From Candidatus Saccharimonadota bacterium (GTDB lineage: Bacteria; Patescibacteriota; Saccharimonadia; CAILAD01; GCA-016700035): a DNA stretch of 64,000 nucleotides. Positions 1 through 8,521 of this stretch are shown here, one piece after another. The translations under genes were made by a program, and so were the position numbers. The notes below the pieces were generated by a model, which had not been told where the DNA came from, ran no database searches, and worked only from the letters and a program-made list of their open reading frames with translations. The first letter of the stretch is position 1. The number at the start of each line of letters is the position of its first letter. The stretch spans positions 75,510 through 139,509 of the forward strand of contig JAXLZV010000001.1 of assembly GCA_046350755.1 (NCBI GenBank), read 5' to 3'.

Positions 1-1049
1 GCAGACCCATCTTTGGCGGCATACTTAATATCCCCCATTATTGTAATGGTTTTATTGGTACTGCCGTTAGAAGGTAAGTACGAAGCAGCTATAGTTAGAC
101 GACTAGGATATGTCTGACCAGGGATGTTGCGAATCCAAACATTGTCCTCAACATAGAGTAAATCATTCGTCGGATGAGCTAATGTCTGTACAAAAGTACG
201 GTTGGTTGATGAACATTGTTCGCGCGTCAGTCGATAGACATCAATGCCACCATCACTTCTCAGTTCTAAATAATAGCCGAGTTTGGCCGAAGGATTTCCC
301 GCATTGGTCGGTGGAAGATAGTGACCGTTGGATTGTGCATCAGATTTAATTTTCTGTAAATCTGCTGTGACTGACTGGAAGTCAATTGGTGATACTGGGA
401 ATTTCCACAGGCTCTGAGGTCCACCGTTTCCCCAAACACCATTTTTCACTTGACCATTACCACCAAACTGAGCACTTGGGCGGTAGGAAGCCTGGGCAGA
501 GGAAATGGTATCGTTACCAACTCCATCAAAATGTATCCCAATATTGCTGTGCAGTGGCCCATCAACACTTTCATTCTGCCCTATCCAAATCTCGGTGTTG
601 GTGAGAATTGCATATTGAGCAAAGGATGGAATAGCGATAGATGCCTGAAGTGTACGCTTAGCGCCGTTTTTTGCTTGACCCACAGAGCGCACAGTTGCAG
701 ATGCACTGGCTGAAGTTGGAGGTTGGATATAAATAGAGTAGTTGCCGATCACCCGGCCATCCGGACCCTTATAGTCATAGTCAAAAGGTCCATAGCCATA
801 AGCACCAAGCGTACCGCAGGCTTTACCGTCACAATAATCGCTTACGTTGTGACTTAAGTGCCACAAGTAATAATTCATCCCAGCCTCTGCGATATAGGTA
901 GAAGATATTGCGCGTTCAGTACGTTGCGCAAATCGTTGTTGAGCTACTATACCTGTGGCCATGATTATCGCAATCGTTGATACAACTACCCCAGTAATAA
1001 GTATCTGTATGAGCGTAACGCCGGATCGATGTAAGCATATTTTTTTCAT
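1..1049 (-). CDS. Prepilin-type N-terminal domain protein (type IV pilin-like / pseudopilin). The start is at 1049 and the C-terminal part lies beyond the window edge.
   Basis: Manual reverse-strand translation from ATG at 1049..1047 gives MKKICLHRSGVTLIQILITGVVVSTIAIIMATG..., with no stop down to position 1. The N-terminus is a basic leader, then G, then a hydrophobic helix typical of prepilins. The start overlaps the upstream gene's stop (ATGA). It is not in the ORF track because it runs off the window. Confidence 0.6.
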   Translation of the reverse strand, partial: MKKICLHRSGVTLIQILITGVVVSTIAIIMATGIVAQQRFAQRTERAISSTYIAEAGMNYYLWHLSHNVSDYCDGKACGTLGAYGYGPFDYDYKGPDGRVIGNYSIYIQPPTSASASATVRSVGQAKNGAKRTLQASIAIPSFAQYAILTNTEIWIGQNESVDGPLHSNIGIHFDGVGNDTISSAQASYRPSAQFGGNGQVKNGVWGNGGPQSLWKFPVSPIDFQSVTADLQKIKSDAQSNGHYLPPTNAGNPSAKLGYYLELRSDGGIDVYRLTREQCSSTNRTFVQTLAHPTNDLLYVEDNVWIRNIPGQTYPSRLTIAASYLPSNGSTNKTITIMGDIKYAAKDGS

Positions 1050-1633
1050 AGATTTGTCTTGAGATTTCTTATCTGCACTTTCGTAGATACCCGCTGATCA
1101 CTCGGTAGTACCTTGGGGTTGGGGTTTGTAACAAGCAGTATGCCGATCTGCCGAACGGCTAAAATATCTGGCGAAGTACCAATATCTACCTCATTCTCAT
1201 TGAAATACTGAAAAACAGCATCACCGCCACTATTCTTTATTGCTGTTATGGTATAGGTTTTTGAATCTGATGGTAAATATGTGTAATTTGGTGCAACACC
1301 GCTGGCAGGAATTACGTCTACTTTCAAGAAGCCTCCCTGAAGGTAATACCTCGCCCTATCGGGAACACTATCGCGAGGAGAAAAATAGCATTCTATGGTA
1401 AGATCATTTGCCGATGCTGCAATGATTTTATTTGTTGAACGTATAACTCGACTTACTCGATCGAGTGTATTAATCGCAGCGTAATTAGCTTTCGTTTGTG
1501 CACTTGCGAATAGATAAGCTTGCCAACCACGATATACAGCAGTATAGAGCAGTAGTGAGCCCAGAATGATCAGCGGCATAGTGATAATAAGTTCAATCAG
1601 GCTCATACCCTTCGGCGATTGTATCCGCCTCAT
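1046..1633 (-). CDS. Prepilin-type N-terminal cleavage/methylation domain protein (minor pilin / pseudopilin), 195 aa
   Basis: The ORF track frame holds MRRIQSPKG|MSLIELIITMPLIILGSLLL: a short basic leader ending in G followed by MSLIE, which is the classical class III signal with Glu at +5. The internal Met was chosen as the start because it gives the canonical leader length. Confidence 0.7.
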   Translation of the reverse strand: MRRIQSPKGMSLIELIITMPLIILGSLLLYTAVYRGWQAYLFASAQTKANYAAINTLDRVSRVIRSTNKIIAASANDLTIECYFSPRDSVPDRARYYLQGGFLKVDVIPASGVAPNYTYLPSDSKTYTITAIKNSGGDAVFQYFNENEVDIGTSPDILAVRQIGILLVTNPNPKVLPSDQRVSTKVQIRNLKTNL

Positions 1634-2988
1634 TGTACAGTGATCCCTGACGACTGAATGGTTGAACGCCCGGAAGTTGTCACTACGATATCCCATGCTC
1701 CGGTAGCCGCTCCAGTTAAATCAAACGTGGCACTTAGTAGGTCGGGTGCAGTATAAACTACCCCAGTTGCAACCCGATCGGGCTCGCCAGCTTTGCGAAG
1801 TGTTATAGTCGAGCCTGAGTTAAAATTATCTCCCGTAATATCAACTAACACGCCGCTTGTCGCGGTAGTTGTTAATGGGGTAACTTGTTCGATTTTAGGA
1901 TATGAAGTTGGACTCAAGGCGCCTGTAATGGTAGCCGTTGTATTGCTTCCCGGGGCAACCGTAACTGGTTGATATGGAGATGTTGCAAGCACAGTATATC
2001 CCGCTACCGAAATTGCATAACTATCCCACTCAATCAGGCTTAGTGATATTTTGCCGTTATTGTCGGTCGTAAGAGTTTGACTATACTTGCTGATACTCGG
2101 TGTGGTATTGATCACTTTTTGACCGGAAACAGTAATGCTGGTATTGGCGATCGGTGCCCCAGAGGTATTGAGGATAGTAAGGTCCAGATTTGAAAGTTGG
2201 TCTATCGAAAATGTCTTGATCGTTGTTTGCTGAGCAACCATGCCAAAATCAGGATTTGCCGGATCTGGGAGCTGTAAACTCGCGGCATAGGTTTGATCGG
2301 TAGAAAAACCTGATTTCGTGATAACTACATGGTAATCCGTTTCTGCATCAGGCGGCAGCTTAGGTATAATAACCTGCCCCTGCACGTCAGTTTGAGTCTG
2401 GATATTTACCCCCGGGCTCACCGTACTGTTTGTGATTATAACCGATGCCCCCTCAACGGGTTGCCCGCTGGCATTTATAACGCGCACGATCAGTACTCCA
2501 GTATTGCCCGATGTTTCTGCTGTCTTGGCGGCGATATCCGAAGAATATTGTGCATATTGGTGCTTACCGTCAGTAGATAGAATTGTTATGGTAGCCTTTT
2601 TATAATCGTAGGGATAAATATCCTGTGGCTTGCCAACAATTGATCCATTTATATCTCCATCATACGGATTATCAACGTAACGAATATCTGTTCGCACGAG
2701 AAAGCGCAATTTGTTGCGAGTCAGAACCACTTCATCCTTGAGTGTGCCCGCAGGATATATCGTGCCATATTCAGTGGCTAGCGAATCATAGGGGAGATTT
2801 TTAAGCTCTTCCATTTTTTCTTGCGCTAATGCAACTCCAACCGACTTTGCTTTACTGCTAAATAATAAGACGAGATTAGTATTGACGAGTGAAAATAGCG
2901 CCAATAACATCATAGCCATCAAGGCAATGCCGATTATTGTTTCTACTAGACTCACTCCATGACGGAGTCTCGAGCGACGCTGCAACAT
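1630..2988 (-). CDS. Large pilin-like protein: prepilin N-terminus followed by about 400 aa of beta-sandwich (Cna-B/CarboxypepD_reg-like, IPT-like) repeats. Candidate pilus-associated adhesin.
   Basis: MLQRRSRLRHG|VSLVETIIGIALMAMMLLALF is a prepilin leader with Glu at +5. The rest is Thr/Ser/Val-rich with repetitive beta-strand patterns (VIITNSTVSPGVNIQTQTDVQGQ..., ITVSGQKVINTT...). The start was chosen at the internal Met 2988, since the longer ORF start at 3063 would put 25 extra residues in front of the leader and overlap the divergent promoter. Confidence 0.7.
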   Translation of the reverse strand: MLQRRSRLRHGVSLVETIIGIALMAMMLLALFSLVNTNLVLLFSSKAKSVGVALAQEKMEELKNLPYDSLATEYGTIYPAGTLKDEVVLTRNKLRFLVRTDIRYVDNPYDGDINGSIVGKPQDIYPYDYKKATITILSTDGKHQYAQYSSDIAAKTAETSGNTGVLIVRVINASGQPVEGASVIITNSTVSPGVNIQTQTDVQGQVIIPKLPPDAETDYHVVITKSGFSTDQTYAASLQLPDPANPDFGMVAQQTTIKTFSIDQLSNLDLTILNTSGAPIANTSITVSGQKVINTTPSISKYSQTLTTDNNGKISLSLIEWDSYAISVAGYTVLATSPYQPVTVAPGSNTTATITGALSPTSYPKIEQVTPLTTTATSGVLVDITGDNFNSGSTITLRKAGEPDRVATGVVYTAPDLLSATFDLTGAATGAWDIVVTTSGRSTIQSSGITVQ

Positions 2989-3031
2989 AGTTTCATTATA
3001 GACGAACCTGCTTATGTTCACACTATATATA

Positions 3032-3060
3032 TTGACAATATTGCTTATGCCTGGTATAAT
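3032..3060 (+). promoter_or_regulatory. Sigma-70 consensus promoter TTGACA-17-TATAAT for the GT2 gene
   Basis: ttgaca at 3032-3037, an exact 17-nt spacer, tataat at 3055-3060. The predicted transcription start is near 3067. Confidence 0.55.
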
Positions 3061-3094
3061 CATGCCTTACGACTTGACTAAGTCGGATTTGATT

Positions 3095-4192
3095 ATGAAA
3101 AGTGAATTAGACACAACCCCCAAGCGCCAGTTGGCGCTGCTTATACCAGGCCACAATGAAGCTATTGTGATCGAAGATACTATTCGGTCAGCCCTGGCTG
3201 CCGGCCAATCGATTGAAGATATTTATGTCGTCGATGACGCCTCAACAGATGAGACGGCTTACTTAGCGCGTGGCATTATTGGTCAAAACAACGTTTATAA
3301 AGTTCAGCGCTCTGGTAAAGCTTTAGCTGTTAAGAAAGCTATTCGCCACTTCCGTATCATTTCACGGTATACCTGGGTACACATCGCCGATGCAGATTCA
3401 GTCTTCGAGAAACGCTATTTTGAAGAATTTAATAAGCACCTGGATGCTACGAAATACGTCGCCGCAACTGGCTATGTAAAATCGCTCAAGGGTGGTTGGA
3501 TCTCAAAATACCGGGCCTACGAATATACCTTTGGCCAAGAAGTCATGCGCCGCATTCAACATATGCTCGGCGTGATTCCTGTTATCCCCGGACCAACCAG
3601 CTGTTTCCGGACGGACATCTTGAAATATCTCGACTTTGAAACTCACAATCTCACTGAAGACTTCGATATTACCATTCAGATTCACCGCCAGAAACTCGGG
3701 AAAATTGCATTCATCCCGACCGCCAAGACATTGACACAAGACCCGAAAGATTATCAAGACTACGTTAAGCAAGTGTCACGATGGTACCGTGGCTTTTGGC
3801 AGGGTGTGGTGGATCGACGCATCGGACTCAAGTTTCAGCGTATCGATGCCTATCTCGGCTACCAAATGCTCGAAATGTTTGCCTATTACTTTAATATCAT
3901 CGTACTCCTGCCTATCCTGTTAATACAGGGTAAGGGAGTCTACGCGCTGGCGCTGACCTTCCTCATTGATGCCGGTATATTTTTTGGCGCCACGCTGATG
4001 GCGGCCGGCGTCCACAAACGCGCCGACGTTATCTCGGCCTTCCCACTCTTTTATCTGTTGCGCGTGACCAATATGGTGCTCTACGTCGTCGCCTTCGTTG
4101 AGGTGGTTATTTTGCGTCGTTTTCGCACCAAGCAAACTGGCTGGTCAACTGCCGGACGGCGCTACGCGATTCACAAAGAGGCATCTTCATGA
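3095..4192 (+). CDS. Processive family-2 glycosyltransferase (PgaC/IcaA/NodC/cellulose-synthase-like) with a C-terminal multi-TM region
   Basis: GT2 motifs are present: VVDDASTDET, HIADADS, TEDFDI and QVSRWYRG (the QxxRW processivity motif). Hydrophobic C-terminal helices follow. The start was set at the first ATG downstream of the predicted transcription start (MKSELD). In-frame ATGs at 3014 and 3062 lie inside the promoter. Confidence 0.8.
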   Translation: MKSELDTTPKRQLALLIPGHNEAIVIEDTIRSALAAGQSIEDIYVVDDASTDETAYLARGIIGQNNVYKVQRSGKALAVKKAIRHFRIISRYTWVHIADADSVFEKRYFEEFNKHLDATKYVAATGYVKSLKGGWISKYRAYEYTFGQEVMRRIQHMLGVIPVIPGPTSCFRTDILKYLDFETHNLTEDFDITIQIHRQKLGKIAFIPTAKTLTQDPKDYQDYVKQVSRWYRGFWQGVVDRRIGLKFQRIDAYLGYQMLEMFAYYFNIIVLLPILLIQGKGVYALALTFLIDAGIFFGATLMAAGVHKRADVISAFPLFYLLRVTNMVLYVVAFVEVVILRRFRTKQTGWSTAGRRYAIHKEASS

Positions 4193-5586
4193 AAGCCCGT
4201 AAAGTTCTAAACTTTGCTCTGTATGCGATGGCGGCCGGCTTTTTGGCTCTCCACCTCTTGCCAATTGGTAGCGTGCTGGCAAGTTTTAAGCCTGAGCCAA
4301 CAACCTACGCTACCCTGGCTGCCAAAGCCGAATGCACAAATGGTGACTTTGATGTTCTCACCTTCGGCAATCCGCTGACGGACCCGCTCTATGTGTCGCT
4401 TAACAACTCCGAGCGTCTCGTCGCCCCAGTGCCGAGTGGTGTGAACTTAGTAAGTAATCCCAAAGCTCTCGAGCTAGGTACAAATGGTAAGCCGACCGGC
4501 TGGCTAGATGATAAATATGGCCAAAGCAATACTACGTTTAGCCTTGTGCGTAACGCCCTGCCAAATGCGAATGCCTTGCGGGTTGAAGTCCGCGACTATC
4601 AGGCGGGTGATGCCAAATGGCTGATGGACCCTGTCGCTGTCAAAGAGGGGCAGATAGTGAATGTAAGCTTTCAGTATCGCAGCCAGCAAGATTCCGACGT
4701 CGTTGCAACTTATATTAATGAACGTGGCGAGACGCGCTACGTGAATGTTACTCAGCTAACGAACACGAATAATCAATGGATGACCTATCGCGGCGATATC
4801 GTCATACCACCTGGTACCAAACAGCTCCAGATTGCCCAAGCGCTCACTGCCAACGGTGTTATCGAGTCGACTAATTACTCGATAACTAGTCGACCTATCA
4901 GTGGCTTTCAGCGTGGTATCGTCAGTATTACCTTTGATGATGGCTGGGGTTCAATTTATGAAAAAGGCTTGTCGTTATTCGAGAAATATCGGATTCCAAC
5001 AACTCAGTTTGTGGTTGCTAATTACGACAAGGGTAAGGCCTATATGACCGGAGAACAAATTACTTCGCTGCAGAAAAAAGGCCATGAAATTGGCTCACAT
5101 AGTTACTCGCACGCCAAGCTCACCCAGCAAAATGCCTCTGAGCTCCACACCGAAGTGGCGGGGAGTCAGGCCGTATTACAAGACCGCTACACTGGTAGCG
5201 CCTCAAATTTCGCCGCCCCGTTTGGTGTCTATAACGATGAAGTGAGCCAAAAGATTGCTCAGTGTTACCAAAGCCATCGTACTACCGACACCGGCTACAA
5301 CACTGCCGGCTATGATCGCTATCAAGTTCGCGTCCAGAACGTAGAAGTCGATACGACGCCAGCCGAAGTCAAACGCTGGGTAGATTACGCACAACAGAAT
5401 AAGCTGTGGCTCGTACTGGTATACCATCAAGTAGAAAATGGTGGCGAATACGCTGTCGATACCAGCGCCCTAGAAGCGCAGCTGAAAGTAATTGCTGACA
5501 GTGGTATACACGCCGCGACCTATAATGACGCACTACTTGAAACATACCCTCAAGGTCGTCAACTTGCCCCTTACTCGGGCTTCTAA
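4189..5586 (+). CDS. Polysaccharide deacetylase (CE4 / NodB homology domain) with an N-terminal membrane anchor and a beta-sandwich (carbohydrate-binding-like) middle domain
   Basis: The TFDDGW motif and the H-S-Y-S-H zinc motif are present, and the N-terminal segment is hydrophobic. The start overlaps the GT2 stop (ATGA), so the two genes are translationally coupled. Confidence 0.85.
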   Translation: MKARKVLNFALYAMAAGFLALHLLPIGSVLASFKPEPTTYATLAAKAECTNGDFDVLTFGNPLTDPLYVSLNNSERLVAPVPSGVNLVSNPKALELGTNGKPTGWLDDKYGQSNTTFSLVRNALPNANALRVEVRDYQAGDAKWLMDPVAVKEGQIVNVSFQYRSQQDSDVVATYINERGETRYVNVTQLTNTNNQWMTYRGDIVIPPGTKQLQIAQALTANGVIESTNYSITSRPISGFQRGIVSITFDDGWGSIYEKGLSLFEKYRIPTTQFVVANYDKGKAYMTGEQITSLQKKGHEIGSHSYSHAKLTQQNASELHTEVAGSQAVLQDRYTGSASNFAAPFGVYNDEVSQKIAQCYQSHRTTDTGYNTAGYDRYQVRVQNVEVDTTPAEVKRWVDYAQQNKLWLVLVYHQVENGGEYAVDTSALEAQLKVIADSGIHAATYNDALLETYPQGRQLAPYSGF

Positions 5587-5589
5587 ACG

Positions 5590-6756
5590 CTAGAAGGCGG
5601 CTCGCTGCGCCAATCCAAGCGCATAGTCTGGCCACCACTGACCACTGGTCGGCCCACCATTACAGGCTCCATCTGACTCACCCGGGTATTTCACCCATAG
5701 TAAAGCATCAACTGGATTGCCACCCTGAGCCGACGGAGGCAAGCCGAGTCCACGGCCGGTTGGATTACACCACGAGAGATCAGGCATTGGACCCTGACCA
5801 TTTCGGCTAGTATCGATTACAACATGCAAGCCGCCAGTCAAACTACTTAAGCGCTGACCGTAGCTGCGTGATTCTGCAGTGGTTAAGAAGTTGGAGACGT
5901 TTAAAGCCACACCTTGCAGACGAGGGGCACCAATTTGTCGGATACGCTGGGCGATCGTCTCAGGGCTCTGCCAGCGAGCATTGCCCGCATCGAGATACAC
6001 ATAATGATTAGCTGGCCCGGAGAGCGTATCAATCGCGTAGCGAAGTAGGCTAGCGCGTTCGTTGCGTTGCGCTTCCGTCAGACAATCCCAACCAGCCAGC
6101 GCGTCCGGCTCCAGAATAAACACTGCCTTCGAGCCACTAGCACCTTGGCTGATCGCCGATATCCAATTGCGATAGGCATCAGCGCTCGATGCTCCACCAG
6201 CTGAATAGCTGCCACAGTCACGAATCGGGATGTTGTACAGCACAAAGACTGGCAGGGCACCTTGCCCACGCATATCACCAATCCACTGACGAGTGGCCTG
6301 ACCGACATTAGCGTACCAGTCGCCCAGCCAGGTTGCGACCGGAGTATTGGCGATTTTGGACAACAGAGCCGCGTCGGCCGGCCGTGTGCTAGCCAAGGCT
6401 GCACGAGTCTGTGCGGCCGGCGAGTCCGGATCGATGAAAAGCCGCTCACCGGCGAAGGGGTTAGTGCCGACTTTTGGAGCGTATTTACCGGCCGCTGGTT
6501 GTGGATTCGTGGCCTGCGCCTGAGGCGAGGTAAGTGGTGCTACCTGCGTCGGTGTTGGCGGGGGAGCAATGACTGGCTGTGGCGTACTCGAAGGAGCACT
6601 CAGAGCCGCCAAACGCCGAGACAACACTCCATACTTGCCAAACATTGGCCCAGCTAACAGCGCACCGGCAACATAGACGCTGGCAACCAGCGTGATGCCA
6701 AGCCACGTCCGCCATACTGGTGGTTTGAGTTTCATTTTTACCCCCTCCTGAGTCAA
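5590..6756 (-). CDS. Glycoside hydrolase family 6 (endo-beta-1,4-glucanase-type) with an N-terminal signal-anchor and a Pro/Thr-rich linker
   Basis: Three GH6 signature motifs are present: YNIPIRDC, ILEPDALAG and WVKYPGESDG. The N-terminus has a hydrophobic segment followed by a PT-rich linker (PPPTPTQVAPLTSPQ). The gene is convergent with the deacetylase, with a 3-nt gap. The start may instead be MKLKPP at 6735. Confidence 0.8.
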   Translation of the reverse strand: MTQEGVKMKLKPPVWRTWLGITLVASVYVAGALLAGPMFGKYGVLSRRLAALSAPSSTPQPVIAPPPTPTQVAPLTSPQAQATNPQPAAGKYAPKVGTNPFAGERLFIDPDSPAAQTRAALASTRPADAALLSKIANTPVATWLGDWYANVGQATRQWIGDMRGQGALPVFVLYNIPIRDCGSYSAGGASSADAYRNWISAISQGASGSKAVFILEPDALAGWDCLTEAQRNERASLLRYAIDTLSGPANHYVYLDAGNARWQSPETIAQRIRQIGAPRLQGVALNVSNFLTTAESRSYGQRLSSLTGGLHVVIDTSRNGQGPMPDLSWCNPTGRGLGLPPSAQGGNPVDALLWVKYPGESDGACNGGPTSGQWWPDYALGLAQRAAF

Positions 6757-6825
6757 AACTGCTTGTGTTCATACTATCTGGATGAGATTAGCCTGTCAAA
6801 TCTGGTAAATCATATTGAAAACCCT

Positions 6826-6854
6826 TGACAATAACGCTTATATTTGTTATTATA
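6826..6854 (+). promoter_or_regulatory. Sigma-70-like promoter TTGACA-17-TATTAT upstream of the small LPXTG-tail ORF
   Basis: ttgaca at 6826-6831, a 17-nt spacer, tattat at 6849-6854. Confidence 0.45.
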
Positions 6855-6969
6855 CATTCGTAAAACGAGGGTGAGTCAGGAATGTCTGAGAAATCAGCAT
6901 TTCTGCCCCACTCTCGTTTTTATGTATATATACCTTAAGTCGTCCCGCTTGCCGGGAAGGAGACACCAC

Positions 6970-7143
6970 ATGACCTACGGTAAAGGTGGCGGTACGCTGC
7001 CAACTACTGTTGCTTTGGCCACAGGTGCAACCCTACCAGCTACTGGTGCAACCAACAGCTGGATCGTTATCGCAGCCGCTGCTCTCGCAGCTGGCTTGGT
7101 AGCTTGGGGCGCCCTCTACGCGATCAAAAACCGCGTACGCTAA
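6970..7143 (+). CDS. 57-aa small protein consisting essentially of a C-terminal LPXTG-type sorting signal (LPATG, then a hydrophobic helix, then KNRVR)
   Basis: A strong SD (ggaagga, about 8 nt before the ATG) precedes MTYGKGGGTLPTTVALATGATLPATGATNSWIVIAAAALAAGLVAWGALYAIKNRVR. An intrinsic terminator follows immediately. There is no N-terminal signal peptide. Confidence 0.5.
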   Translation: MTYGKGGGTLPTTVALATGATLPATGATNSWIVIAAAALAAGLVAWGALYAIKNRVR

Positions 7144-7151
7144 AAGCTCAT

Positions 7152-7197
7152 AAAAAAACTCTCTCACTCATTTGATGTGTTGAGAGTTTTTTTATTG
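7152..7197. terminator. Bidirectional rho-independent terminator between the small ORF (+) and the DUF3048 gene (-)
   Basis: An A-run, then the stem aactctc(tcac)...(gtg)ttgagagtt, then a T-run. The stop codon of the minus-strand gene sits inside the T-run. Confidence 0.6.
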
Positions 7198-8433
7198 CCA
7201 ACTAGCTGGCAGTGTCGTTGGTGCAATGCTGACCCAGCTTTGGCCGCGGTTGAGTTTGACTTCATTACCCGATTCATCAGTCAACTTCAATCGATCGACT
7301 TCACCGGCTTTCTTCCAAGTCACGATCGTCGCTGTACCATCCTGAAAGACGACGCCTTTACCGCTACCAGTGACCGTGATGTCGGTTTTCGGTTTGCCAT
7401 TGCGCTGAGTACCGCTGACCGTCGTCGCATAGAGGAGGATGACTGTTTTGGGGTTAACCTGCTTATTATTCGCTGCTGCGTCCTTATCTGGCTTGCCGCC
7501 CACTTCCCGCAAATAACTGTTGGTCGCTGAGTCGTAGCGAAACACAGCCCGATAATCAGCCCCTGAAAAGTTTACTGTCACCACCGAGGCGTTCGGTGAC
7601 CCGGACGGTGCATCGTCCTTTCGTGGCCAAGCGGTAAAATTCGGCGGACCGCCCCAACCCTTGTCCTTAGCTAGCTCAACCAACTTCGGACCATAAATGT
7701 ACAGATTATGCGGACTGTAGCGGGTATTAATCCGGCGAAAATAGCGGCCGTTATAGAACTGATCCAGATCTTTAAAGCCTTTGCCGCTGCGCGCCAAAGC
7801 TAGCCCGTCGGACGACCCGCCGGCGTGGGCGACAGGGGTGCCGTACTCCATGGCCATATCGTAAAAGACGGGACGCAAGCTACGCACAGGGCCAATGTCG
7901 GTTGGTACATCAGCCTGAAAAACCGCTAGGTAGCGGGTAATGCCGCCCTCAGATAAGGCTTCGTAGACGACGCCAGCGCTCGATAAGCCCGACTGCGGAC
8001 GAGCATTCGGACTCAGATTCTCGATGATAGAGGCCACGACCGGCTGATCGGCTTTGACGGGATCCATTTCGACGCCGGTGAGCAGACTCGCCTTGGTAAT
8101 CGGCTTTGGCGATTCGCTCGGTGTGGTGCGCGGTGACGGCGTGGGCGACTCAGCGACCTTCGTAGGCTTCGGACGGAGTAGGGCGTACGCCACTCCAGCG
8201 CTTGCCAGCAGCGCCACCAGACCGACAATCAGCAAGATAATACCACGCCGTGTCTTATACCACGGCGTCTTTTCTCGGGCCGCCGGATGGGTATCAGTGA
8301 TTAAGGCCTGACGATTATTTTTTGTCGAACGACCAGCTATGCCTACGCGCGGAGTAGAGGCGACCAGACGCGTAGTCGCATCTTCGGGCGATTGACTGAG
8401 TGGCTCTGGTGTTGATGTTGATTTTTTTGGCAT
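7192..8433 (-). CDS. Membrane-anchored DUF3048-family (YerB-like) protein with a Pro/Ser/Thr-rich linker
   Basis: An N-terminal cytoplasmic tail and one TM (ILLIVGLVALLASAGVAYALL) are followed by a low-complexity linker and a conserved extracellular domain (ITRYLAVFQADVP..., YGTPVAHAGGS). The family assignment is from memory of the DUF3048 pattern. Confidence 0.55.
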   Translation of the reverse strand: MPKKSTSTPEPLSQSPEDATTRLVASTPRVGIAGRSTKNNRQALITDTHPAAREKTPWYKTRRGIILLIVGLVALLASAGVAYALLRPKPTKVAESPTPSPRTTPSESPKPITKASLLTGVEMDPVKADQPVVASIIENLSPNARPQSGLSSAGVVYEALSEGGITRYLAVFQADVPTDIGPVRSLRPVFYDMAMEYGTPVAHAGGSSDGLALARSGKGFKDLDQFYNGRYFRRINTRYSPHNLYIYGPKLVELAKDKGWGGPPNFTAWPRKDDAPSGSPNASVVTVNFSGADYRAVFRYDSATNSYLREVGGKPDKDAAANNKQVNPKTVILLYATTVSGTQRNGKPKTDITVTGSGKGVVFQDGTATIVTWKKAGEVDRLKLTDESGNEVKLNRGQSWVSIAPTTLPASWQ

Positions 8434-8521
8434 GCCCCTTGAGTACGCTTATATATGCGCATATTATACCATGAGCATTAAGCCGCGAAAACTGTTGAGG
8501 GCCGTGCTGGGGTTGCCCTGA

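Noticed and set aside
110-713. Plus-strand ORFs 110-349, 386-604 and 450-713
   Set aside because: They lie antisense to the long minus-strand pilin-like CDS that I translated across 1-1049. They have no start context and no recognisable motifs.
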